From IMG/VR virus record IMGVR_UViG_3300028624_000004, positions 1 through 64,000 of that record: a stretch of 64,000 nt of DNA; one strand, written 5' to 3'. The notes beneath the pieces were generated by a model. That model saw nothing but the letters and a program-made list of their open reading frames with translations, was not told the DNA's origin and did no database searches. Of the stretch, positions 9,447-18,424 are shown piece by piece (the first letter of the stretch is position 1; each line of letters starts with the position of its first letter). Source of the DNA: a virus (Duplodnaviria > Caudoviricetes). The position numbers were made by a program, and so were the translations under genes.

Positions 9447-9836
9447 TTATACCTCTCCTTCAAGCGTCTTGCGTTCAACATCAAGGTTCCTGTTGAGGGC
9501 TAACTCTTCAGTAAACTTTTCTGGATATCTCTTAGAAAGCTTGGCTATATTCTTTTCCCATATTTCTTCGAAGGTGACACCAAGCTCATCACACATAATA
9601 GCAAGATACCAAAAGACATCCCCGATTTCTTCCTTCATATTAACATGATCAAATGGCTTACCGTATATCTTTGTCTTCTTGAGAGCATCCATACACTCCC
9701 CTGCTTCTGTAACAAGTCCCATAGCAGCGTGTTCAATTCTAGGCGGCACCCAGTGGTTTTTTGATTTAAGAATGGCGAACTGGTATTCACCGACTTCAGT
9801 TCTCTTTGCTTTTTCTATATATTCTTTTGAGTTCAT
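9447..9836 (-). CDS. mazG: MazG-like nucleotide pyrophosphohydrolase
   Basis: GLVTEAGE...KEEIGDVFWYLA...NIAKLSKRYP. Start trimmed to MNSKEY, which has an AAAGGA SD. Confidence 0.88.
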   Translation of the reverse strand: MNSKEYIEKAKRTEVGEYQFAILKSKNHWVPPRIEHAAMGLVTEAGECMDALKKTKIYGKPFDHVNMKEEIGDVFWYLAIMCDELGVTFEEIWEKNIAKLSKRYPEKFTEELALNRNLDVERKTLEGEV

Positions 9837-9837
9837 A

Positions 9838-10116
9838 TTAATCCTTTGATTTATTCTCATAGCGGTCTATCGCCGCTTTCCTTATAGATAGTTTATTACA
9901 TTTATTAAGTTTTTCAAATGCTTCTCGGTCTGACATTCTAAGCCATGATTTTATAGACATAACAGCATCAAATATATTCATATTGTATTTGATGACACAG
10001 TGATTAACCATTTTGTTATATGCTGTTTTCACTATGCTATGTATTTTGTTTGGGGATACCCTATACGCCTTAGCTATTTCTTCATAGGTATAGGTTTCTC
10101 TTCTTGTGTTTTTCAT
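9838..10116 (-). CDS. Small HTH protein (sigma70 region 4-like N-half, possible gp33-like C-half)
   Basis: TYEEIAKAYRVSPNKIHSIVKTAYNKM resembles the sigma region 4.2 HTH pattern. Confidence 0.5.
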   Translation of the reverse strand: MKNTRRETYTYEEIAKAYRVSPNKIHSIVKTAYNKMVNHCVIKYNMNIFDAVMSIKSWLRMSDREAFEKLNKCNKLSIRKAAIDRYENKSKD

Positions 10117-11501
10117 GGAGTTCCCTTTGACTGTTTTTGCATCTTATATTCTGTCAAAGCATCGACAGTTGCTTTATTCTGTGATTCTTGCTGTGACTCA
10201 CGAGTATCTGTAAGGCGCATATAATCATAGTCAACATGAATGGCAAACTTCGCTCCGTTACGCGACCATCTACTCTTGGCAACCGTCCAATTCATTATGT
10301 TATTGCTATCACCTTCTGCGTCTCTCGTGACCATTATCATAACGTCTGCTGACATAGGGATTCCCATTGAATCACTTGTTTTTTCTAGACCAACGTCATT
10401 TGTTTTGTATCCCTCTCTATTAAGCTGAACCGCAGAAAATAATGGAATCTTATGTAATGAAGATACTGCTCTAAGTTCCTCAGATACGGTCTTCATTCTT
10501 CCATAGGTATTATCCGCAAACGATTTTCCGTTTGGTATCATAAGACCAATATAATCGACTACAATGAAGTCAGGCTTAAAGTTTTTCTTAAGTTGAAGCT
10601 CCCTAAGAAGTGATAATATTCCAGTAGCATTAAGATATCCCGGAGCATATTCTTTAATGAGTAGCCGACCCACCAGAGGGATAGTTGGGTCTGTCTTATG
10701 GGCTTCCTCCCTCTGACTTCTATATGATGATATACGGCGATATAACTCGTCCACATCATTTGACAATTCTGACATCTTTGTTTCAGTCAGATTGGCGTCT
10801 ATTCTATTTGCTAGTATATGTTCGTTAATCTCAAGGGTAATATATAATCCATTGTATCCACGATCAATCAATTTGGCGGTTAAATCTCCCATGATAAGAG
10901 TTTTACCAACATTAGTAGCAGCGCCAAATATTATAAGAGACTTGTTTCTCCAGCCGCCACCTATTGCCTCGTCCAACTTATTAAGACCAGATGGAATTAC
11001 TGTAGCGGGATTTCTCATCTCTTCCATACGAAGCTTCATGTCTTCCCAATAATCAAGACCAAGGTTATCATCAAAGTTAATTTCCATAACCTTCATAACA
11101 CGAGCAACGGCTTCATCCATGTTGCCCCTTTCCATAAGATTAACAGCATCTACCATCGCGGTTTCAAGTTTCTTACGCTTTATGAAAGTCTTGGTTTCGT
11201 CGCTAACCCACGATGAAAAGTCTTTAACGTCATCCAACGACCTACATTGCTGGATGACATCTATACACGCATCTATGCTTTCCATATCATTCTTCAGGTA
11301 TTTTGGTAATAGTGCTTGTGTTATTTGATCTACAGTTGGAATCTTGTTATAGGTTGCATAAAAGCGATCTATAACATGAATTACTCTTCCTATAGGTTCC
11401 TCAAAGAACTTATGCTCAATTTTATCAAGATACTTTGCAGAATAAGATACATCTGATAGCAATGCTTTCAAAATGTAAAGCTCAGTATTATCTCCCATCA
11501 T
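10113..11501 (-). CDS. 41: Replicative DnaB-family helicase (gp41)
   Basis: ATNVGKT, YITLE, IVVDYIGL, SAVQLNR, SDSMGIPMSAD, AKSR. Confidence 0.95.
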   Translation of the reverse strand: MMGDNTELYILKALLSDVSYSAKYLDKIEHKFFEEPIGRVIHVIDRFYATYNKIPTVDQITQALLPKYLKNDMESIDACIDVIQQCRSLDDVKDFSSWVSDETKTFIKRKKLETAMVDAVNLMERGNMDEAVARVMKVMEINFDDNLGLDYWEDMKLRMEEMRNPATVIPSGLNKLDEAIGGGWRNKSLIIFGAATNVGKTLIMGDLTAKLIDRGYNGLYITLEINEHILANRIDANLTETKMSELSNDVDELYRRISSYRSQREEAHKTDPTIPLVGRLLIKEYAPGYLNATGILSLLRELQLKKNFKPDFIVVDYIGLMIPNGKSFADNTYGRMKTVSEELRAVSSLHKIPLFSAVQLNREGYKTNDVGLEKTSDSMGIPMSADVMIMVTRDAEGDSNNIMNWTVAKSRWSRNGAKFAIHVDYDYMRLTDTRESQQESQNKATVDALTEYKMQKQSKGTP

Positions 11502-11550
11502 GTCTCCTTTTAAGTGATTTTAATATGATCCTACAGTTAATCAAATCTTC

Positions 11551-12702
11551 TTATTCTTCTGACTTATTTTCTGTAGCATCCGATTCATCGGGGAGTATTG
11601 CATTGCCATCTTCACCATAGGTGGAGTAAGCCATGGCTGCCTCTACTTTCTTCTGAAGCTCATCGAAGATGGGTTCCCACACTTCAGCAGTGTATAGATC
11701 CTTGGCAAAAACATTCTTGTCAAGGTGCTTGACGAAAAATCCTCTTGCTGACTTTTCGAAGAAACCGAAACGGAGAGCGTCTTCAAGAAGACCGTGATAT
11801 GGCTGTAGACCGTGCTTGAAGTGAAGGAGTGCCTCTGCCTTCATGCCTTCGGGGACGAATCTGTTCTTAACAGTTTCGAATACGATTCTATTTGCAACTT
11901 TTTCCTTGAATGTCTTATTATCTTCCAAGGTTTTGGCGTCTTCTTTTATAGCATACTTCTTGATGCCAACAAGTGTTGAACACATGTATATAAATCCATT
12001 GCCGCCCTTGGGTACTTCTACAGGTGGTACATTTGGATTGGCACCCGGCTTTTCATATGAGTGATTGGTGATTACCATAGCCGCATTGCAGTTGGCAATC
12101 GTCTTTTGAAGGATTCTTGATGCTGCTGAGTACTGCTTGGCGCGGAGTCCCATATCCTGTGCGGTTCCGCCTTCTTCAGTATCGGCAATTTCTTTTTCGG
12201 TGAGAAGGTTAGCAAGCGAGTCAGTTACGACAAGCCACTTCTGCTCTGGATCTTCTTCATGGAGCTTGGTGAGAAGGTTGACTATATCAGTCTTCCACTG
12301 ATTTATTGTCATGGCTGACTGGTATAGTATAGATTCAACATTGACACCCAAGCGAGCATAGAAGTCAGTGTCAATAGCAGTTTCGGTTTCATAGAGAATG
12401 ACACCATATCCTAACTTCTGTGCCTCTCGCATGATATTACCACAGATATACGACTTACCAACTCCTGGCATTCCCATAAATCCTGTTATACGAGAGTGAG
12501 CTATAGCCTTGCGATAAGATCCTGACATGATTCTATTGAGTGCATAACATCCAGTTGATATCCAAGTGTCAACATCTGGCAGTTTAGCCTCGTTGAACAT
12601 TTCATATTCGTTTTGACTCTTGTTGCTCTTTATAAAGCTTTGGAACTTCTTTCTGATTTCAGCTTGTGAAGTTACTTTGGGGGTCGAATCTTTCTTAGCC
12701 AT
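11551..12702 (-). CDS. uvsX: RecA-like recombinase UvsX
   Basis: STGCYALN, GMPGVGKS, TDSLANL, DMGLRAK, GGNG, KNRF. Confidence 0.93.
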   Translation of the reverse strand: MAKKDSTPKVTSQAEIRKKFQSFIKSNKSQNEYEMFNEAKLPDVDTWISTGCYALNRIMSGSYRKAIAHSRITGFMGMPGVGKSYICGNIMREAQKLGYGVILYETETAIDTDFYARLGVNVESILYQSAMTINQWKTDIVNLLTKLHEEDPEQKWLVVTDSLANLLTEKEIADTEEGGTAQDMGLRAKQYSAASRILQKTIANCNAAMVITNHSYEKPGANPNVPPVEVPKGGNGFIYMCSTLVGIKKYAIKEDAKTLEDNKTFKEKVANRIVFETVKNRFVPEGMKAEALLHFKHGLQPYHGLLEDALRFGFFEKSARGFFVKHLDKNVFAKDLYTAEVWEPIFDELQKKVEAAMAYSTYGEDGNAILPDESDATENKSEE

Positions 12703-12780
12703 CTTGTTTTCTCCTATGTTGTTTTCTATACTTATATTATTCTTTTTTTTAGTTATAAGTCAAACGATTTATAAATAAGA

Positions 12781-15597
12781 TTACCAAACAAATAGACTCG
12801 TCATATCATGACATTCGAAATCTGGCATATGCCATCCTAGCAATTCGAAGAATCTATTGAGCGGGGTCTGAACGGAAACTTCAAATTGTCTCTTACGATC
12901 AATTGATTCTTCAAATCCACGATCCTTAATCCACTTGTCTTTCCAGCCAAATACATCATGTCTCCAATGATGGTTCGGTTTGGCATAAACGAACATCATC
13001 TTATCACCGTCATATATCTTGTCATATAGCTGGATTAAATCTGGATTTTCGCTAAGTAACTGATTGTAGATTATAGCAGCACGAACCTGAATAGGAGTTG
13101 ACTTGAACTTACCATCTTCAATCATCTTTTCCCTGTATTTTGTAACATTATTAGCAGCACGGGGGAAAGCAATTACTGTTGGATCTGCTGTCATGAAGTC
13201 AGCGTGAACCTTGCGAATTTCTTCGATTGTAAACTTCTCATCTAATTTGACGAGAATATCCTTGACAATCTGCTTTAATCCATTGCGGACGAATGATGGA
13301 GTTGACGATCTTACGATGTCAAATCCAGTAACCTTGAGTCTCTTCTTCTCAGGAAGCTCGACGCCTTCGGAGTTAAGAACCCACATAACATATTTCTTAC
13401 GCTCAAGGAAAATAGCTCTTGTAGCAACCGCCTCTCGCTTGAAGTATATAAGATTTTCTTGACAATTGAAGTGACCCATAGTGAGTGACTTCATTGCCTT
13501 GTTGATAATGCTTCCAACAAAGTTTTGTAAGGAGTCTGATTTTTCTTCTATGGACTCTCGTTCACTTTGGACGATCTTCTCTATTTCTTCGGCGTTGTTT
13601 TCTGCAATAAACTTGACAAGCTGCTTCGAAGTGTCATTGTCTTTCTTTATAATACTATGTTTAATATCTTCTGTGAATTCGTCATTGGTCTTTTCAGTAT
13701 TATAGATGATGAAATTCTTTACAGCCTCTTGGGGCTTGCTCTCAGCATCATATCCCATTGAATCGAATATCTTGCCAAAGTCAACATACACAGAGTCGGT
13801 ATCAGCGTATATGATACCATCTTCAGCGACCTTCTGTGGCTTGTACTTCTTATTAGCGAGCCATCGGGGACTATTGAAGTATCCTTTGATTGATGATTCG
13901 GTTGTCATGGTAACATATCTTGCCGACATGGTTACAGCAACCGCGTTGTCCCAATCGAAGAATCTGGAGTAAGGAGTTCCAAGATATCCATAAACCGAGT
14001 TAATAAGAATCTTAAAGTTCAACTGGATAGCATGCCAATACTCAGCTTGTTCCTTATTGCGATTCTTCTCAGCGGCAAGCATCTTTTTCTTGGCTGCCTT
14101 ACGCTTGTCGAACCACTCTTTGACGAATCTTGCGATAATACCACGAACATCGTTACGATATATAGCTCCGTTGGCTGCAAGACACCACTTCTTTTCTTTC
14201 ATCACGGCAGCAAGTTCAGAACGCATGATTGGTTGATTTAGCAGTCGAGTTTCTTTATCTTCTGCTTCGTGACCAGCAATCATCTTCATAAGTGGCTTAA
14301 CATCATCCTGACTTAACACGCCAATCTTAGTTTCTGGTGATATATTCCATCCCATCATGATGGAAGGGTAAAGCGATGTTGCGTCAAAGCTCAGAACCCA
14401 CTTGTGTAAGCCAGCTATAGGCTGCTTGACATATCCACCAATATACTTTTCTGGGTTAAGCTTCATCTTTTCAATGGTTGCTCTGTTTACATCAGGAAGA
14501 ACAACCTTTTCTTCAGCGAGCTTAGAAAGGAATGCTCCGTCCAAAACACGAGTGGTTTTCTGGTATTGTTCAAACGGAACACGACATCCATAGCAGAAAG
14601 TAACAAGGAGTGGAATAAACTTCTTTTTGTCTTCAAGTTTCCTGAGAAGACGAACGTCTTGAACGTTATATTCCACATACTGTTGCCAGTGATTATTGTG
14701 TAGATCGGCAAGCGAACCCTGATATTCGTTCTTTGTTTCGCCAATTTCAATTTGAGTTATATACCCAAGCTTCCATGACTCTTGCTCTGAGAAAGTATAG
14801 TTTTGATATATTTCAAGCATGTCTAGGCAATTAATGCCAATTATTTCATACTTGTCTTCGATAATTTCATCTTCTCTTTGATGTTTCTTGTGGATTATTC
14901 CGACCGGACTTATATCGGCTGCCCCATCAAATGTTGTCCATCCTTTTTCGTTTTCTTCATATCCAAATAACTTACGAGCGCGATTTATAATATAAGGAAT
15001 GTCGAATCCATTAGAATGCCAGCCCGTTATAATGTCTGGATGTTCCTGTCTTGTCCAATTCATGTAAGCCTTGATCATTTCATCTTCACGACTGAAGATA
15101 AATTTTTGACAAGACTCGCCAGCCTTTGTTATAAATGATTCATCAAAATCTTTTTCAGCAAATATGAAAAACTTATTATGCTTGGTTGACCATACTGTAA
15201 TGATAGTTATAGGAAAGTTAGCATGTTCGGGTTTTGGGAACCCCTCTTCGGAATGAACCTCAATATCAAGATAATGAATGTCGAAGTTGGGGACTTTAAG
15301 CTCCATTCCCATGTAATGATCAACGATAAACTTATTTTCTACCGAAATATCAGACTCAAATAGATGCTTTCCCCATTCTTGGTACTTTTCTATTTTTTCT
15401 TTATGTTGACGCCATGTTGTTGACTCTATACGACGGGCTGGGTCGCCGTAGATAGTCCTGTATTCGGATTCTGTATTAGTGTCTTGAAGATAAAAATACA
15501 GAGGGGGAGGGGCTGATCTTTCAACCTTTACTCCGTTTTCATATTCCCAGTAAATCAGTTTACTGTGTTGTTTGTCGAAATAACATGAACTATACAT
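12781..15597 (-). CDS. 43: Family B DNA polymerase (gp43)
   Basis: Exonuclease motifs DIE, GWHSNGFDIPY, YNVQDV; polymerase motifs SFDATSLYPS, KILINSVYG, YADTDS, KKY; hydrophobic clamp-binding-like C-terminus (MTSLF). Confidence 0.97.
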   Translation of the reverse strand: MYSSCYFDKQHSKLIYWEYENGVKVERSAPPPLYFYLQDTNTESEYRTIYGDPARRIESTTWRQHKEKIEKYQEWGKHLFESDISVENKFIVDHYMGMELKVPNFDIHYLDIEVHSEEGFPKPEHANFPITIITVWSTKHNKFFIFAEKDFDESFITKAGESCQKFIFSREDEMIKAYMNWTRQEHPDIITGWHSNGFDIPYIINRARKLFGYEENEKGWTTFDGAADISPVGIIHKKHQREDEIIEDKYEIIGINCLDMLEIYQNYTFSEQESWKLGYITQIEIGETKNEYQGSLADLHNNHWQQYVEYNVQDVRLLRKLEDKKKFIPLLVTFCYGCRVPFEQYQKTTRVLDGAFLSKLAEEKVVLPDVNRATIEKMKLNPEKYIGGYVKQPIAGLHKWVLSFDATSLYPSIMMGWNISPETKIGVLSQDDVKPLMKMIAGHEAEDKETRLLNQPIMRSELAAVMKEKKWCLAANGAIYRNDVRGIIARFVKEWFDKRKAAKKKMLAAEKNRNKEQAEYWHAIQLNFKILINSVYGYLGTPYSRFFDWDNAVAVTMSARYVTMTTESSIKGYFNSPRWLANKKYKPQKVAEDGIIYADTDSVYVDFGKIFDSMGYDAESKPQEAVKNFIIYNTEKTNDEFTEDIKHSIIKKDNDTSKQLVKFIAENNAEEIEKIVQSERESIEEKSDSLQNFVGSIINKAMKSLTMGHFNCQENLIYFKREAVATRAIFLERKKYVMWVLNSEGVELPEKKRLKVTGFDIVRSSTPSFVRNGLKQIVKDILVKLDEKFTIEEIRKVHADFMTADPTVIAFPRAANNVTKYREKMIEDGKFKSTPIQVRAAIIYNQLLSENPDLIQLYDKIYDGDKMMFVYAKPNHHWRHDVFGWKDKWIKDRGFEESIDRKRQFEVSVQTPLNRFFELLGWHMPDFECHDMTSLFVW

Positions 15598-15663
15598 ATT
15601 GTCTCCTTACATCATATATGTAAAAAGACATAAATCAATACTTAGTTTAAATTATGATAAATA

Positions 15664-16716
15664 TTACTTTTCGTATATTGATTTATATAAACCGATATTA
15701 GATTCGGACTCTAGCCATCTTTTGTCTAGCTCTACCTTGCCTGCATTTAGAGTCGATTGCCAAGTCGCATCATCCTTATAATGTTTCATTATAGCTGAAT
15801 ACCACATATCGACTTTATTTTCAATAGTGCATGTATTTGGTATGATATCATATGGTCCAATTTTATTTCCTATAGACGATGCTATTGTTGGAATGCCCAA
15901 GGCAGAATATTCCAGTAATTTAAGGTCGCTTTTTCCGTAGTTAAACTGGATGTCGGTTATTGGGGAAATTGCTATATCAGCATCAATAGAATCTAATCTT
16001 GCAGCATAGTCATAAATGTTGGACCATTCATGGTATTCTATCATACCTTCCAAGTCAAATGGCTTACATCCAAAAAATACCCACTGTATTTCCTTGTGTG
16101 TTTTCTTTATTAGTGGTATAAGGAACTCTAAGTCGCCTCCTTTGCCTAAGTGTGAGGCAGATCCAGCCCATAGCACTCTTGGTCTATTATTAGCGTCTTT
16201 CTTCCTCTTATCTCTCTTTCCGCACCCATACCACATATGTTTAGGTAAAAAGTTAGGAATTACCACGGAATTCTTTATTCCAAAATTATCATCGTAATAT
16301 CTCTTTAGATAATTCGTAGAGAAAGTAACAATATCACTCATGTTAAATATTTCAACAAGATTGTTCTTTCTCGTAGGTGTATAGAACTGGTAAGCCATTA
16401 TATTATTTGGCATGATGCCATGAACAAGATCGTCAAGTTCATATGCTATTTTACCTTTAGGGTTATGTTTCTTTAATTGCAGCTTGTATTGATGCATTAT
16501 CTTTTTTTGGGCTTCCGTTACTTGTCTCTGGAATCGTATCCAATTAGCCCTTCTTATATAATTCATGTCATAGAAGAAAGCATAAAACTCAGATATATGA
16601 AATTCGGGGTATTTTGTTGCTAAATACCTAAATGGAAGGAATGTTCTATAAAACCCACATCCGTTCTTGTCTGATGGAAAAAGAAGGAGCGACTTTGGTG
16701 GGACTTTATTTTGCAT
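15664..16716 (-). CDS. Glycosyltransferase (GT-B/GT4-like)
   Basis: GCGFYR, YELDDL, VIPNFLP, WAGSASH, DIAISP...FNYGKSDLKLLEYSALGIPTIAS. ATG 16716 has a GGAG SD. Confidence 0.85.
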   Translation of the reverse strand: MQNKVPPKSLLLFPSDKNGCGFYRTFLPFRYLATKYPEFHISEFYAFFYDMNYIRRANWIRFQRQVTEAQKKIMHQYKLQLKKHNPKGKIAYELDDLVHGIMPNNIMAYQFYTPTRKNNLVEIFNMSDIVTFSTNYLKRYYDDNFGIKNSVVIPNFLPKHMWYGCGKRDKRKKDANNRPRVLWAGSASHLGKGGDLEFLIPLIKKTHKEIQWVFFGCKPFDLEGMIEYHEWSNIYDYAARLDSIDADIAISPITDIQFNYGKSDLKLLEYSALGIPTIASSIGNKIGPYDIIPNTCTIENKVDMWYSAIMKHYKDDATWQSTLNAGKVELDKRWLESESNIGLYKSIYEK

Positions 16717-16740
16717 TATTCTCTCCAAAAATATATATTA

Positions 16741-16749
16741 TGTTATAAT
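16741..16749 (+). promoter_or_regulatory. Extended -10 promoter (TGTTATAAT) upstream of gp55
   Basis: Exact TGnTATAAT in the divergent intergenic gap. Confidence 0.55.
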
Positions 16750-16791
16750 CATTATATCAGGTAGATAAATTTTCAACAAGGATAAACACTT

Positions 16792-17253
16792 ATGGCAACA
16801 AAGAAAAAGATAGTTTTACGCAAACGCCACCCATCCTCGGATAAAACAAGGTATTATATTGATAAAGAAGAATATAATTCTGAAGTTATAAAATACATTG
16901 ATACTGGTAAAGCTTCCGAAAGACTTGGGGAGTTGTTTACTTTACATGTTGATAAGTATGGGTCAATGGCATGTTTTAAGGGATATACTTATCTTGATGA
17001 GATGAAGTCCCAGGCTAGATTATTCTTACTTAAATATAGTAGGTCATTTGATCCAAACTATGCCACAAAAAACGGAAAGAAGAAAAATGCCTTTTCGTAT
17101 TGCACAACTATAATTCACAATGCGTTTCTTCAGATAATACTCAGAGAAAAGAAGCATTCTATACTTAAGGATAAACTCATAAAAGATCAAGATAGAATAA
17201 ATTATGATCTTGAAAGATTCTCTATACTTAATCAAATAACAATTGATGAATAA
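16792..17253 (+). CDS. 55: Late transcription sigma factor (gp55)
   Basis: YYIDKEE, FKGYTYLDEM, FDP...NAFSYCTTIIHNAFLQ...EKK; 55-47-46 synteny. Confidence 0.92.
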   Translation: MATKKKIVLRKRHPSSDKTRYYIDKEEYNSEVIKYIDTGKASERLGELFTLHVDKYGSMACFKGYTYLDEMKSQARLFLLKYSRSFDPNYATKNGKKKNAFSYCTTIIHNAFLQIILREKKHSILKDKLIKDQDRINYDLERFSILNQITIDE

Positions 17254-17275
17254 ATTAATTGTTGTAAAATAAAGC

Positions 17276-18370
17276 ATGAAACACGAAATAGCACTGATAT
17301 CTGATATTCATTTTGGGTGTCGAGGCAATAGTGAAAAATATATTTCTACCATGGTTTCTTTCTTTAAAGAAACTTTATTTAATGTTTTAAAAACAAGAAA
17401 TATAAGTGATTTAAGGATTTTGGGAGATTTATTCGATAACCGAAATGCTTTAAATGTTAGAACGATAAATGCCGTAATTGATGTATTTTCTTTTTTAGAA
17501 AAATCTCTACCAGATCTTAAGATAAAGTTGCTCATGGGAAACCACGATCAATACTATCACAATAGATATGATATTATCTCGTTGAATATATTAAGAAATT
17601 TTAGAAATATAGAAATAATTGATAAAGTAACAGAAGAAAATATAAACGGAAAAAGTATCCTTATGGTTCCGTGGATTGTTCCCGATACTTCCATTTATGA
17701 AGACTATATGAATTATGTTAGGAGTGAGAAGAAGTTTGATTTACTCCTTGGTCATTTTGAAATCAATGGGTTTGAGGTATCGCCGGGAATAACTGATACA
17801 CATGGAATACAAATTAGGCTATTTAAGAATTTCAAAAGAGTATTATCTGGTCATTATCATTTGAGAAATACTATGGATCAGATAACTTATCTCGGATGTC
17901 CTTACCAGCTAACTTGGGGAGATTATGGTAACACAAAGGGAATACATATCTATGATATTGATTCTGGTGATACTACTTTCATAGAAAATACACTAAGTCC
18001 TAGATTTGTTAAAATATTCATGTCTGACTTAGCTGCTGGTAACAAAGAATGTCTTAATAATGTTTCTGGTAACTTTGTTAAATTGATTATTGATAAAAAA
18101 TACAATGAAACTGCTATTCATAAAGTTATTGCGTTGTTAGAGTCTCGTGGAGCCGTATTGACAATAGATAATCAATATGTAGAACAGAGCGAAATATCAA
18201 CCGAAAAAAATTCCACAGATATGTCTAAGCTACACGATCCTCTATCTTTTTTGATAGAGTATGTAAAAATAATTGATATTCCAGACGACATAAAGGATGT
18301 TATAGATAAACAAGAGCTTGCAATTAGAGCTACAGAAATATACCGTAAGATTTTATCTGAAAAAGATTAA
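17276..18370 (+). CDS. 47: Recombination nuclease subunit gp47 (Mre11/SbcD-like)
   Basis: SDIHFG, LGDLFD, GNHD, GHFE, SGHYH. Confidence 0.95.
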   Translation: MKHEIALISDIHFGCRGNSEKYISTMVSFFKETLFNVLKTRNISDLRILGDLFDNRNALNVRTINAVIDVFSFLEKSLPDLKIKLLMGNHDQYYHNRYDIISLNILRNFRNIEIIDKVTEENINGKSILMVPWIVPDTSIYEDYMNYVRSEKKFDLLLGHFEINGFEVSPGITDTHGIQIRLFKNFKRVLSGHYHLRNTMDQITYLGCPYQLTWGDYGNTKGIHIYDIDSGDTTFIENTLSPRFVKIFMSDLAAGNKECLNNVSGNFVKLIIDKKYNETAIHKVIALLESRGAVLTIDNQYVEQSEISTEKNSTDMSKLHDPLSFLIEYVKIIDIPDDIKDVIDKQELAIRATEIYRKILSEKD

Positions 18371-18424
18371 TCTATTTGATTTAATTGGTATGTCGTGTAA
18401 AATACTAGAAAGGCTTTAAACTTC

